Assembly (NCBI GenBank): GCA_023663815.1
Contig: JAMPGS010000001.1
Span: 1-62,944, forward strand
DNA: 62,944 nt
DNA from: Clostridium sp.
Lineage (GTDB): Bacteria; Bacillota; Clostridia; Lachnospirales; Lachnospiraceae
Direction: 5' to 3'
Within the stretch, counting starts at the first letter, position 1, and every line of letters begins with the position of its first letter. Below are positions 49,134-59,503 of this stretch, piece after piece. The translations under genes and the position numbers were made by a program. Below the pieces are notes generated by a model. That model was not told the origin of the DNA. It did not search any database and was given only the letters and a program-made list of their open reading frames with translations.

Positions 49134-49652
49134 ATGGCAAGTTTAATGGAAAATCTGATTGAAGTGCTTGACCTAGAAAGTCAAGAGTACGAGAACTTGC
49201 TTGAGTTATCTATGAAAAAAACGCCGGTGATTATCGCCGGCAATCTGGATGAATTAGCCAAAATCACGGATGAAGAACAAATTGTTGTCAGTGGAATTAA
49301 CCGTCTGGACAAAAAAAGACAGGAAGTATTTGCTGATATCGCTAATGTAATTAACAAGGATGTTAATACGCTGAAAATTGCCGACTTGATTGATATGTTA
49401 GAGTCAAGGCCGCAGGAACAGCAAAAACTGGCTAGAGTACACGACAGATTGAGTACTGCTGTTCATGGAGTGAGGAGTGTAAATGAACAGAACGGCATTT
49501 TGATACAAAATGCGTTGGAAATGGTTGAGTTCGACATAAACATGCTTCAAGCCATGAAAGCAGCGCCCGAAACGGCCAACTATGACAGGGGGGCCGTGAA
49601 CGCGGGGATGACAATGGGAGTGGACGGGCGCGGCTTTGACGCCAAGCAATAA
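49134..49652 (+). CDS. flgN: Flagellar export chaperone
   Basis: Helical protein between flgM and flgK, ending in FDAKQ. Confidence 0.88.
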   Translation: MASLMENLIEVLDLESQEYENLLELSMKKTPVIIAGNLDELAKITDEEQIVVSGINRLDKKRQEVFADIANVINKDVNTLKIADLIDMLESRPQEQQKLARVHDRLSTAVHGVRSVNEQNGILIQNALEMVEFDINMLQAMKAAPETANYDRGAVNAGMTMGVDGRGFDAKQ

Positions 49653-49677
49653 TCCTTGAAAATTATGAGGTGATAAA

Positions 49678-51321
49678 ATGTCTTTATTTGGAAGTTTATA
49701 CGTGGGCGTCAGCGGTCTGCAGACGAGCCAGAACGCCCTCAATACCACTGGACATAACATGTCTAATATCGATACTACCGGGTATACCAGACAGCAGGTG
49801 CAGCAGGGAACCCGATTTTATAATACTCTTTCCACCGGCAAAACCGCCATTTCGTGGCAGCAGGTTGGGCTTGGTGTCAATTACACGCAGGTAAAGCAGG
49901 TCAGAGACGATTTCCTTGACAAAGCATACCGCCGGGAATCCGGGAGAAGCGCCTTTTATGAGGTTTCAGCCAACGCTTTTGACGAAGTGTACAGTCTTTT
50001 TCAGGAGCTTGATGGGGAAGCCTTTGCAGGCTCCATTGATAATCTGTGGAAATCTGTTCAGGATTTGGCAAGAGATCCCGGAAACGCCGTAAATCAGGGC
50101 GTTTTTGTGCAGAGGTGCAGCGAGTTCCTCTCCCGTGCGCAGGCGGTTTACACGGGGCTTAGCGAGTATCAGGACGACTTAAATTTAAAAATCAAGCAGC
50201 AGGTTGATACGATGAACGCTTACGGCGCCCGGATTGCGGAGCTGAACGAGGAAATATTAAAGATTGAGGCCGGCGGAATAGAGAAGGCCAACGATTTAAG
50301 AGATGAAAGAAATTTGCTGATAGACGAATTGTCGGCAATGGGAAGTATAGAGTGCAGGACGGACGTTCACGGAAACGTTCTGATACGTTTAGAGGGCAAG
50401 GATTTTGTACAGTCCGACAGGGCCAATGAGATTTGCCTGTACACCGATCCCGACACGGGATTTTACACGCCTTATTGGAACCAGCTTGCCAAAAAGAATG
50501 AAAAAGGCGAAGTGATAACGGACATTGACCCGGACACGAACAAAATTGTTCCCACCGGAATTAATGGGGCGAAGCTCTACAATATGACGCAGGGCATCTC
50601 CACGGATATGAATACGGACGTGGGCTCCTTAAAGTCTATGCTGTTTGCAAGAGGCGACCACAGGGCCACCTACGAGGATTTGGAGGATGCTAGGATTTAT
50701 GACAGGGATATTTCCCAGTCAATCATGATGAACGTTCAAGCGGAGTTTGACCAGTTGATAAATCAAGTCGCCATTGCCATCAACGGCGTGCTTGAGGATG
50801 CGGCCAATAAGGCGAAAGCCGAGGACCCGAACAGCACTTACATGTGCGACGGGGACGGCAATCCTTATCAGCTATTTAAGTCAAAGGTTGGCGATCCGAA
50901 TAGGCTTACGATTGAGAATTTGATGATTGACAACGAGCTTAAGCAGGCTCCCTCGCTCCTTGGCTTTAAGAAAAAGGACGATATCATCGACCAAGATACA
51001 GCCGATGCGCTGAAGGACATCTTCACGCAGGAAACCCTTACCTTAAATCCAAACGTCAAGACCAAGACGAATTTTATAAATTACTATGACGATTTAATTT
51101 CTCAAGCGGCCAATTCCGGCTCCGTCATGCATGATATCTGTGACAATCAGGAAGTGACGGTGGATAATCTGGCGGCGGCGAGAGAGCAGATTCTCGGCGT
51201 ATCCTCCGACGAGGAGATGAGCAACATGGTTATGTTCCAGAACGCTTACAACGCGGCCAGCCGTTACATAAACGTAGTCAGCGAGTTGATGGAGCACATT
51301 ATTAACACGCTGGGAAGATAA
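49678..51321 (+). CDS. flgK: Hook-associated protein 1, copy 1
   Basis: SGLQTSQNALNTTGHNMSN..GYTRQ; GVSSDEEMSNMVMFQNAYNAA. Confidence 0.93.
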   Translation: MSLFGSLYVGVSGLQTSQNALNTTGHNMSNIDTTGYTRQQVQQGTRFYNTLSTGKTAISWQQVGLGVNYTQVKQVRDDFLDKAYRRESGRSAFYEVSANAFDEVYSLFQELDGEAFAGSIDNLWKSVQDLARDPGNAVNQGVFVQRCSEFLSRAQAVYTGLSEYQDDLNLKIKQQVDTMNAYGARIAELNEEILKIEAGGIEKANDLRDERNLLIDELSAMGSIECRTDVHGNVLIRLEGKDFVQSDRANEICLYTDPDTGFYTPYWNQLAKKNEKGEVITDIDPDTNKIVPTGINGAKLYNMTQGISTDMNTDVGSLKSMLFARGDHRATYEDLEDARIYDRDISQSIMMNVQAEFDQLINQVAIAINGVLEDAANKAKAEDPNSTYMCDGDGNPYQLFKSKVGDPNRLTIENLMIDNELKQAPSLLGFKKKDDIIDQDTADALKDIFTQETLTLNPNVKTKTNFINYYDDLISQAANSGSVMHDICDNQEVTVDNLAAAREQILGVSSDEEMSNMVMFQNAYNAASRYINVVSELMEHIINTLGR

Positions 51322-51363
51322 AGGGCAGCAAAGCCTTACTTTATAATAAAGGGAGTGAAGTAA

Positions 51364-53532
51364 ATGCCGTCACAATTTTTTGGATTATATATAGCAGGTT
51401 CGGGGCTCCGCGCCGCCAACGCCGCGCTAAACACTACAGCAAACAATATCGCCAACGCCCAGACGGACGGCTACAGCCGCCAGACGGTGACGCAGCAGGC
51501 CAACAACGCCCTGCGGGTTTTTGCAACCTACGGCTGCGCGGGGGCAGGTGTGGACACCATTGCCATCGAGCGCGTGCGGGATAATTTTTACGATGTAAAA
51601 TATTGGAATAATAACTGCAAGTACGGGGAGTACAACGCGAAGAGCTATTACATGTCCATGATTGAAAAATATCTTGACGACGACGGCACCAGCGGTTTCA
51701 AGGTAATTTTTGACAAGTTCAGCGCAGCATTGCAGTCTGTGACTACCAATTCCAGCAGCGACACTTCCAAGCAGCAGTTTATCGCTTCGGCAAAGTCGCT
51801 GACCGACTATTTTAACAATATGGCCGGTAATCTGCAGGAGCTCCAGACGGACATTAATCTGGAGATTAAGGAGAGCGTGGACGCCATCAACGCCATTGCG
51901 CAGAAGGTTTCCACTTTAAACAGGCAGATTAACACCATCGAGCTTTCCGGCACAAAGGCCAACGAGCTCAGGGACCAGAGGGAGCTGCTTATCGACGAGC
52001 TCTCGGAATACATTGACGTGGATATCACGGAGACGGCTATCGCCGATGTGAAGGATGCCGGACGGGATACGGGGGCTTCCAGATATATCGTGCGCATCGC
52101 CGGCGGGCAGGTGTTGGTGGACGGCAACAGCTACAACACCTTAACCTACAAGCCCAGAGCCGCCGGGGAAAAGGTAAACCAGACGGACGTTGACGGCCTT
52201 TACGATATCAAGTGGGCAAACGGGAATTCCTTTAATATTTTAAGCTCCTCCATGGGAGGCAAGCTGAAAGGACTGCTGGAGCTTCGGGACGGAAATAACG
52301 AGTCGAACTTTAGGGGCACGGTGGGAGCGCTGGATACAGGTTTTACAGATGCTGATGGAAAACCAATTAATTATCCTATTGAGCATACCGATACTGTGAA
52401 TACAGAGATAATAAGGGCCAACGGCAGTAAAGGAATTTTAGCGGTCGGGACCAAAGCAACGGTCAAGAACGGCGTGGTTACGCTGGATACAGGCGCAACC
52501 TTGGTAAATGGCGGAAAGGGCGCGCTGGCGACTTTAGCGGATGGGACAAAGGTAAAGCTTACTGGTAATGGAAGTGAAGTAGAAGCTCCAGATGGAACAA
52601 AATATAAGTTGACTGATGGCACAACGCTAGAGCTGACAGGGAAAACAGAAGAAACGATAGTTACCCATAAGATGACGGTGGAGGTAACGGACGAGTACCT
52701 TAAAAATATGCAGGACTGTACCTTGTCCGACACCGGCGGCGTAATTAACATTGGAAATAAGCTTTTCTACTATGACGATTGGGAGTTTAACGGTGTAGAT
52801 GCTACCGGAGAGAAGGCTACTTATACCTTTACCATTGTGGAAAACGCCGCGCAGGATAAAAACACCGGGCTTGCCGTCAAGGCAAAAGCAAACGAGGAAG
52901 TTAAGACCGAGAAAAAAATCAAATATCAGGGAATTCCCTATTATATGGAGCAGATGAACGCGTGGATTCGCGGCTTTGCCGAGGCGGTAAACAATATCTT
53001 TACCAGCGGAATCGACGCCAACGACAATCAGGGCTGTATTTTCTTCACTGGAAACAAGGGGAACGGCGAGGGCCAACTGACAAAAGAGGATTTGGATGAC
53101 CCCAAAAAGGGCTATTACAACCTGTCGGTAGAGAACTTTGCTATCAACGAGGATTTGATTAAGGACGCGTCCAAGCTGGGGACAAGGAGCAGTGTGGATG
53201 TGGGCGTGGAAGAGTGCGGAAAGATTGAGGAGCTGATAACCCTTCTGTCCAACAAAAATATTTTCAATTTCCGAAACGGAACGGCCGGGCAGCTATTGGA
53301 AGCTATTTTGTCGGATTCCGCCCTAAGCGCCAGCGAGGCGAACACCTTTTTGGAAACCTACAGCGGGCTGCGCAACACCATCGACAATCAGAGATACTCC
53401 ATTTCAGGTGTGGACGAGGACGAGGAAGCTGTAAATTTGGTGAAATTCCAGAATTCCTACACACTGGCGTCAAAGATGATACAGACGCTCACAGAGGTTT
53501 ACGACCAGTTGATTCTGCGTACCGGAGTTTAA
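51364..53532 (+). CDS. flgK: Hook-associated protein 1, copy 2 (with extra insert)
   Basis: NNIANAQTDGYSRQ; SGVDEDEEAVNLVKFQNSY. Confidence 0.93.
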   Translation: MPSQFFGLYIAGSGLRAANAALNTTANNIANAQTDGYSRQTVTQQANNALRVFATYGCAGAGVDTIAIERVRDNFYDVKYWNNNCKYGEYNAKSYYMSMIEKYLDDDGTSGFKVIFDKFSAALQSVTTNSSSDTSKQQFIASAKSLTDYFNNMAGNLQELQTDINLEIKESVDAINAIAQKVSTLNRQINTIELSGTKANELRDQRELLIDELSEYIDVDITETAIADVKDAGRDTGASRYIVRIAGGQVLVDGNSYNTLTYKPRAAGEKVNQTDVDGLYDIKWANGNSFNILSSSMGGKLKGLLELRDGNNESNFRGTVGALDTGFTDADGKPINYPIEHTDTVNTEIIRANGSKGILAVGTKATVKNGVVTLDTGATLVNGGKGALATLADGTKVKLTGNGSEVEAPDGTKYKLTDGTTLELTGKTEETIVTHKMTVEVTDEYLKNMQDCTLSDTGGVINIGNKLFYYDDWEFNGVDATGEKATYTFTIVENAAQDKNTGLAVKAKANEEVKTEKKIKYQGIPYYMEQMNAWIRGFAEAVNNIFTSGIDANDNQGCIFFTGNKGNGEGQLTKEDLDDPKKGYYNLSVENFAINEDLIKDASKLGTRSSVDVGVEECGKIEELITLLSNKNIFNFRNGTAGQLLEAILSDSALSASEANTFLETYSGLRNTIDNQRYSISGVDEDEEAVNLVKFQNSYTLASKMIQTLTEVYDQLILRTGV

Positions 53533-53569
53533 GAGTAAGAAAAGCGTTTAAGGAAGGAGAAAAATCCTT

Positions 53570-55495
53570 ATGAGAATGACAAATAAAATTATGCAGAATA
53601 ATTCTCTGTATAACATAAATAATAACAAGATAGCGCAGGATAAGCTGAGCACCATGATGGCGACCCAGAAGAAGATTACAAAGCCCTCCGACGACCCGGT
53701 CATCGCTATCCGCGCGCTGCGCCTGCGCACCAGCGTTTCCGAGATGACGCAGTTTTACGAGAAGAACGCGCCCGACGCGGAGAGCTGGCTGGACGTTACC
53801 GCTCAGTCCTTAAAGACGGTAAACGACGTTCTTACCAGTATGGGAAAGCTGGCGAATAAGGCAAACAATAAGGATTTAGGCAGCGAGGATTTGCAGGTAA
53901 TTTTGGAGCAGTTAAAGTCCCTGCGCAGCGAGTTTTATTCTACGGGAAATGTGGATTACGCCGGAAGGTATATTTTCACCGGTTTCCGCACGGATACGAC
54001 GCTGACCTTTAGGGAGGACGTGGAGCAGGAGCCCGACGGTTATCCAGATTATGCCATCACGGAGCCCAAGACGATTTTGGATTTTGACAGTATTAATTAT
54101 ACTTATATCGATAAATTGGGCGGCCTCAATAAGAATAATTACGAGGACGGTAAGTATGATGCGATAAATGAAAATCAGGTTGAGAACGGGGATATTCACA
54201 GGCTGAGGCTGGCCTATGACGTGCTGGATAAGGATACGGTGCCGGAGATTACTTATGTAAAGGCGACGGAAGTAAAAAAAGCGGATGGCACTGATAGCAC
54301 ATTATCTGGGAAAACAGCCGCGACGGTAAACGCAGGTAAAATTGAGCTGGACAGCGGCGATACTTTAGTTGACGATGGGAAGGATGCATTTGCAACCTTA
54401 GCGGCTGGAACAAAGGTAAAGATTGTTAATGACGACGGAAGCAAAACAGACTTAACGCTTGATGAGGAGGTTACCGTACAGCTTACGGGCAATGGCAATG
54501 AAGTAGAAAGCCCGGAGGGAACAAAATATGAGTTGCAGAACGGTACAAAATTGACACTGACCGGCGAAACAGAAGCGTCGATTGAAGGACTTGCAGACCT
54601 AGCAGACCCGACAAAAGAGGTGCCTGCTATTAAGCCTGCTTCTGTAACGGATAAACCCGATGACCCCTATGAGCAGATTCGTAAAGCAAATGAAGAAGGT
54701 AAGGAAGAAGCGCTGGTGCTTTTTGTTCCTGAAACCGGCGAAATCCTTTTCAGTAATGCGGCATATGACGCTTTATCAGCCAATATCACGGAAGATACCA
54801 AATTAAACGTAACGTATCACAAAAAGAGCTGGCTGGACGGCGATTTGAGGCCGGAACATTATTTTGAATGTACCAAGACGGCATTAACCGAGGCGGGGGA
54901 CGAGGAGCAGATTCATTACAATAAACGCCGCGACCCCAACGACCAGAAGATAGAATATGATGTAGGTTATAACCAGAAGATTCAGGTGAATACCATGGCG
55001 AGCGAGGTGTTTGGGCATGGCCTTGACCGGGATATCGATGATTTGGAGCGGGCTCTTAACAAGCTTGCGGATATGGACGCTACAAGGAAAGACCTTGACA
55101 CAATCCTAAAAGGCATGAGTGAGGACGATCAGGGAGACAATGAGCACCGCAGTTATAATGAGGTGAGACTGCAGTACGAGGCGGCCGACAAGGCATACAA
55201 TTATATGCGTGAAAATGTTCACAATATGTTTGGCTCGGCTATCACAAAAATGCAGAATTATTTAAACGACACCAACGAGGCGGTTACCGACAACGGCACC
55301 AGAAGCCAGCGTCTCGACCTTATCAGCAACAGATTGATGGAGCAGAGAAGCAATTTCCAGACATTGAAATCGGAAAACGAGGATATAGATATCGCGGAGG
55401 TTGTTATTCAGCTTACCAGCACGGAGCTCACTTACAATGCGGCCCTTATGGCAACGGGCAAGATTATGCAGACTTCACTCATGAATTATATTTAA
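53570..55495 (+). CDS. flgL: Hook-associated protein 3
   Basis: MRMTNK, KITKPSDDP, GRYIFTG, SLMNYI. Confidence 0.93.
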   Translation: MRMTNKIMQNNSLYNINNNKIAQDKLSTMMATQKKITKPSDDPVIAIRALRLRTSVSEMTQFYEKNAPDAESWLDVTAQSLKTVNDVLTSMGKLANKANNKDLGSEDLQVILEQLKSLRSEFYSTGNVDYAGRYIFTGFRTDTTLTFREDVEQEPDGYPDYAITEPKTILDFDSINYTYIDKLGGLNKNNYEDGKYDAINENQVENGDIHRLRLAYDVLDKDTVPEITYVKATEVKKADGTDSTLSGKTAATVNAGKIELDSGDTLVDDGKDAFATLAAGTKVKIVNDDGSKTDLTLDEEVTVQLTGNGNEVESPEGTKYELQNGTKLTLTGETEASIEGLADLADPTKEVPAIKPASVTDKPDDPYEQIRKANEEGKEEALVLFVPETGEILFSNAAYDALSANITEDTKLNVTYHKKSWLDGDLRPEHYFECTKTALTEAGDEEQIHYNKRRDPNDQKIEYDVGYNQKIQVNTMASEVFGHGLDRDIDDLERALNKLADMDATRKDLDTILKGMSEDDQGDNEHRSYNEVRLQYEAADKAYNYMRENVHNMFGSAITKMQNYLNDTNEAVTDNGTRSQRLDLISNRLMEQRSNFQTLKSENEDIDIAEVVIQLTSTELTYNAALMATGKIMQTSLMNYI

Positions 55496-55528
55496 TATGG
55501 ATACGGCGGAAAGCGGATAGGAGTAGTT

Positions 55529-55984
55529 ATGAAGATTAAGACAAAGATTTTTGGGGAAATTGAAATAGCGGACGACAGGATTATCACATTTCCGTCTGGA
55601 ATCATTGGTTTTCCAGAGCTCACAAAGTTTGCTTTGCTGCACGACGAGGAAAACGGCGCCGGGGCTATTCACTGGCTGCAGTCCATACAGGAGCCTGCTT
55701 TTGCAATGCCGGTGATGAATCCCTTGATTGTGGTTCCCGACTACAATCCTGAGGTGGAGGATGAGCTGATAAAGCCTATTGGAGAACTGGACCCTGAGGA
55801 AATTCTGGTGATGGTTACGGTTACGGTGCCCGGCGACCTCACTCAAATGACCGTCAATTTAAAGGGTCCCGTTATCATCAACGCGTCGGAAAAGAAGGCG
55901 TGTCAGGTAATTGTGGAGGGAGAAAAATATCCGGTAAAGTTCCCTGTTTACGATATATTGAACGCAAAGAAAGCGGGTGAGTAG
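55529..55984 (+). CDS. fliW: Flagellar assembly factor
   Basis: FPSGIIGFP, WLQS, TVNLKGPVIIN. Confidence 0.93.
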   Translation: MKIKTKIFGEIEIADDRIITFPSGIIGFPELTKFALLHDEENGAGAIHWLQSIQEPAFAMPVMNPLIVVPDYNPEVEDELIKPIGELDPEEILVMVTVTVPGDLTQMTVNLKGPVIINASEKKACQVIVEGEKYPVKFPVYDILNAKKAGE

Positions 55985-56203
55985 ATGTTAGCTTTATCCA
56001 GAAAGAAAAACGAAGCCCTCATTATCAATAATAATATTGAAATTACCATACTGGAAATTAAAGGGGAGCAGGTAAAGCTGGGCATCAGCGCGCCGAAGGA
56101 AGTTCCGGTGTACCGGAAAGAAGTGTATGTCCAGATTCAGGAGGCCAACAAGGAGGCCGTCAATACGGATGGCATCGAGATGCTGAAGCATTTGATGGGA
56201 TAA
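55985..56203 (+). CDS. csrA: Carbon storage regulator
   Basis: MLALSRKKNE, VKLGISAPKEVPVYRKE. Confidence 0.96.
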   Translation: MLALSRKKNEALIINNNIEITILEIKGEQVKLGISAPKEVPVYRKEVYVQIQEANKEAVNTDGIEMLKHLMG

Positions 56204-56217
56204 TGTATGCAAATGGA

Positions 56218-56290
56218 AGAGAGTTTGGGCGATATGTTTTCTATCAGGCAGATAGATAAATGTTTCGCCGGGCTCTTTTTTTATTTTTTC
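56218..56290 (+). terminator. Probable terminator after csrA
   Basis: Imperfect long stem AGAGTTTGGGCGA / TCGCCGGGCTCT followed by T runs. Confidence 0.6.
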
Positions 56291-56292
56291 TA

Positions 56293-56319
56293 TAAATTTT
56301 TCCGCTCATTCTCCGATAT
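56293..56319 (+). promoter_or_regulatory. sigma28 promoter of flaG-fliD-fliS
   Basis: TAAA, 15 bp, TCCGATAT. Confidence 0.8.
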
Positions 56320-56398
56320 ATACATAGAAAGACAGGAATACTCTATAGTTTTATTCAAATTTATTATCAATTATTATATCACATGGAGGTGATTCACG

Positions 56399-56842
56399 AT
56401 GGCAGCAATAGAACCATTAAATAGTGTCATGACATTTCAGGCACAGACGACACAGCCTGTAAGGCGTGCGGAGAAACCAGATGTAGAGAACATGGAAGTT
56501 CCTACGCAGGAGCAGTCTGCTTCCTATGACGCCACTACCGTAAAGGTAGCGAATGTAGAAAAGCAGGACAGCCAGAGCGGACAGGATGGCAACGGCAATT
56601 ACAGTAACGTAAAGGACCAGCTTACAAACGAGCAGGTTAAAAAGGCTGTTGAGCGGTTGAATGAAAGAATGTCTCATTCAGAGGCAGTTTTTGGCATCCA
56701 TGAAAAGACAAACAGATTGACAATCAAAATTGTAGACAAGGAAACCAAGGAGGTCATTAAAGAGCTTCCCCCGGAGAAAACCTTGGATATGATTGCAAAG
56801 GCATGGGAACTGGCTGGTCTTTTGGTGGATGAAAGAAGATAG
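56399..56842 (+). CDS. flaG: Flagellar protein FlaG
   Basis: IVDKETKEVIKELPPEK, GLLVDERR. Confidence 0.92.
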   Translation: MAAIEPLNSVMTFQAQTTQPVRRAEKPDVENMEVPTQEQSASYDATTVKVANVEKQDSQSGQDGNGNYSNVKDQLTNEQVKKAVERLNERMSHSEAVFGIHEKTNRLTIKIVDKETKEVIKELPPEKTLDMIAKAWELAGLLVDERR

Positions 56843-56854
56843 GAGGAGTTTTTT

Positions 56855-58345
56855 ATGGCAATGCGATTAACCGGAATGTATTCCGGTCTTGATACAGAGT
56901 CCATTATTCAGGAATTAGTTGCCGCAAGGCAGACCAAGGTTGACGACAAGGTAAAAGAGCAGAAAAAGCTGAAAATTAAACAGGATACATGGAGCGACTT
57001 GAACAAGAAGCTGAAAAGCTTACAGAGCAAAGTATCCAATATGCGTTTGTCGGAGGCCTATACCAAGAGAACCACCAAGGTATCCAACAGCAGTATTGCA
57101 AACGTGATTACCGGCGACGGCGCAATGAACGGCGTTCAGGAGCTGGAAGTTCAGGAGCTTGCAAAAATTGGTTATATGACCGGCGGAAAGGTAGGCAAGG
57201 CAGGCAGCACCGCGCTTACCAGCCTTGGAGCGTTGGGATTGACAAAGGATAGCGAGCTGAAGATTAATGTAGGCGGCAAGGAAACCGCTATTAAGGTGGG
57301 AACAGGCAGCACTATTTCCGATGTGTTAAGTCAGCTCAAAAAAGCGGGAGTGAACGCTAACTTTGACGAAAATCAGCAGAGAATATTTATCAGCTCTAAA
57401 GATTATGGCAAAGATAACGATTTTTCCATAAGCGGCGATGTAGAATTGCTTAACGCATTGGGGCTTAATACAGATGCAAGCCTTCCAGATGAGAAGAGAG
57501 CGACGAAGGTAGACGGACAGGACGCTAAAATTATTTTAAACGGAGCTACCTTTACAAGCAAAAACAACGTATTTGAAATTAACGGCCTGACGATTACGGC
57601 TTTAAGCGAATCCAAGGGAGAAAAAGTTACTTTAACTACTGAAATGGATACTGACGGAATCTATGACATGATTAAGAGTTTCCTGACGCAGTATAACGAA
57701 GTAATGAAGGAGATGGATACGCTTTATAATGCCAGCTCCGCCAAGGGATATGAGCCTCTTACCAACGAAGAAAAGGCCAGCATGACAGATACGGAAATTG
57801 AGGAGTGGGAGAAAAAGATTAAGGATTCCATTCTGCGCCGTGATGAAAACCTTTCAACGGTGAGCTCTACTCTGCGGGAGGTTATGTCTAGTGGAATAAC
57901 AGTAGGCGGAAAGACGCTGTATTTGTTTGATTTTGGAATCGATACGCTGGGTTATTTTGATGCGGAAGAAAATGAGAGAAACATGTATCACATTGACGGA
58001 GATGCCGACGATGTCAACACTTCCGGCAATGCGGATAAGCTCAAGAGCATGATAGCCAACGACCCGGATACGGTAATCAGCTTTTTCTCGCAGTTGTCGC
58101 AGAACCTGTACGGCAAGATGTTCGATATGTCCAAGTCCGTAACGGGTTATCGCAGCTACGGCAATTTCTATGATGATAAGAAAATGCAGTCTGATTATGA
58201 CGACTACACCAGTAAGATTAAAGAAATGGAAGATAAATTGACAGCTTACGAGGATAAGTGGTATGCTAAGTTTAGCAAAATGGAAACTGCAATGGCTAAG
58301 ATGCAGTCCAGCCAAAATGCATTGAGTGGTCTATTAGGAGGCTGA
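56855..58345 (+). CDS. fliD: Filament cap protein
   Basis: GMYSGLDTESII, GQDAKI, FSKMETAMAKMQS. Confidence 0.94.
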   Translation: MAMRLTGMYSGLDTESIIQELVAARQTKVDDKVKEQKKLKIKQDTWSDLNKKLKSLQSKVSNMRLSEAYTKRTTKVSNSSIANVITGDGAMNGVQELEVQELAKIGYMTGGKVGKAGSTALTSLGALGLTKDSELKINVGGKETAIKVGTGSTISDVLSQLKKAGVNANFDENQQRIFISSKDYGKDNDFSISGDVELLNALGLNTDASLPDEKRATKVDGQDAKIILNGATFTSKNNVFEINGLTITALSESKGEKVTLTTEMDTDGIYDMIKSFLTQYNEVMKEMDTLYNASSAKGYEPLTNEEKASMTDTEIEEWEKKIKDSILRRDENLSTVSSTLREVMSSGITVGGKTLYLFDFGIDTLGYFDAEENERNMYHIDGDADDVNTSGNADKLKSMIANDPDTVISFFSQLSQNLYGKMFDMSKSVTGYRSYGNFYDDKKMQSDYDDYTSKIKEMEDKLTAYEDKWYAKFSKMETAMAKMQSSQNALSGLLGG

Positions 58346-58349
58346 TAAT

Positions 58350-58736
58350 ATGGCGCTGCCCAACGCTTTTAACCAGTATAATAACAGCAAAATTCTGACG
58401 GCAAGCCCGGCGGAGCTGGTTTTAATGTTATATGAAGGTGCTATTAAATTCTGCAATATTGCCATTGTGGCAATCGAGCAGGGAGATATTCAAAAGGCGC
58501 ATACCAATATCGTAAAGACGCAGCGGATTGTGGATCACCTTCGAGCAACTCTGGACATGAAATACCCGGTTGCCAAGGAATTTGACAAGGTTTACGCGTA
58601 TTTGCAGCGCAGGCTTCGCGAGGCAAATATGAAAAAAGACAAGGTGATTCTTGGCGAGGTGTGCGAGCACATTCGTTCCATGCGGGATACTTGGAAGGAA
58701 GTAATGCGTATTAACAGAGCCAGCGGTGCAATTTAG
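58350..58736 (+). CDS. fliS: Flagellin export chaperone
   Basis: TASPAELVLMLYEGA, RDTWKE. Confidence 0.94.
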   Translation: MALPNAFNQYNNSKILTASPAELVLMLYEGAIKFCNIAIVAIEQGDIQKAHTNIVKTQRIVDHLRATLDMKYPVAKEFDKVYAYLQRRLREANMKKDKVILGEVCEHIRSMRDTWKEVMRINRASGAI

Positions 58737-58778
58737 GCTGTTGATGGGAAGCGGGACGCAGGAAAGGCGTAATAGGAA

Positions 58779-59255
58779 ATGACGAGCAGTTATCTTGATA
58801 TACTAGAGGACAGCCTGAAAAAGAAAAAAGCGGTTTTGGAGAGCATTGAAGAGTGCAATCAGGCGCAGAGCGAGCTGCTAAAGGGTGAAAAGCTGGATAT
58901 GGAAGGCTTTGACGCGCTTGTAGACCGGAAAGACGCTTATATTGAAGAGCTTGAAAAGCTGGACGAAGGCTTCGAGACGGTGTACGAGCAGATTAAAGCG
59001 GATTTGTCCCAAAACAAAGGCGCGTATGCGGAGCAGATAAAACGTTTGCAGGCCTTGATAAGTCAGGTGACTGAAAAGAGCGTTTCCATTCAAGCGCAGG
59101 AAAGCCGCAACAGAGATTTAGTCGGCGCCCACTTCAAAAAGGAAAGGGAAACGTTAGGGCAGGGGCGAAGATCCTCCAAAGCGGCGCTTAGCTATTATCA
59201 AAATCTGAACAAAGCGGTGCGGGAAGATTCAAGCATCGTGGATATGAAAAAATAA
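58779..59255 (+). CDS. FliT/FlgN-like flagellar chaperone
   Basis: Helical protein after fliS, ending in VDMKK. Confidence 0.75.
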   Translation: MTSSYLDILEDSLKKKKAVLESIEECNQAQSELLKGEKLDMEGFDALVDRKDAYIEELEKLDEGFETVYEQIKADLSQNKGAYAEQIKRLQALISQVTEKSVSIQAQESRNRDLVGAHFKKERETLGQGRRSSKAALSYYQNLNKAVREDSSIVDMKK

Positions 59256-59260
59256 AAGTT

Positions 59261-59294
59261 GTGCGGCACATGGGATACGTGGGCCGCACTTTTT
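59261..59294 (+). terminator. Intrinsic terminator
   Basis: GTGCGGC..GCCGCAC followed by TTTTT. Confidence 0.75.
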
Positions 59295-59295
59295 A

Positions 59296-59380
59296 TGCGC
59301 AGGGGCGCACAGCGGAATATGCTGCCAAGGCAGCGTGCGCCCCGCGCGGCGAGTGGGGAAGACGAGCCTCCCCTACTCGA
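59296..59380 (+). repeat. Dispersed GC-rich repeat family A, best-folded copy
   Basis: GCGCAGGGGCGCAC / GTGCGCCCCGCGC stem enclosing GCTGCC-AA-GGCAGC, then CGAGTGGGGA / TCCCCTACTCG. Confidence 0.65.
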
Positions 59381-59503
59381 TTGCAGATATACAGAGGGAT
59401 ACGCTGTGAAGGTGACGCGCGGGGAACTCTCATTTGTAACGATTCACAAATCTTATATTGGTTTTTTGAGTTTACATAAAACTTGAAACAGTTTCTTTTC
59501 TTA

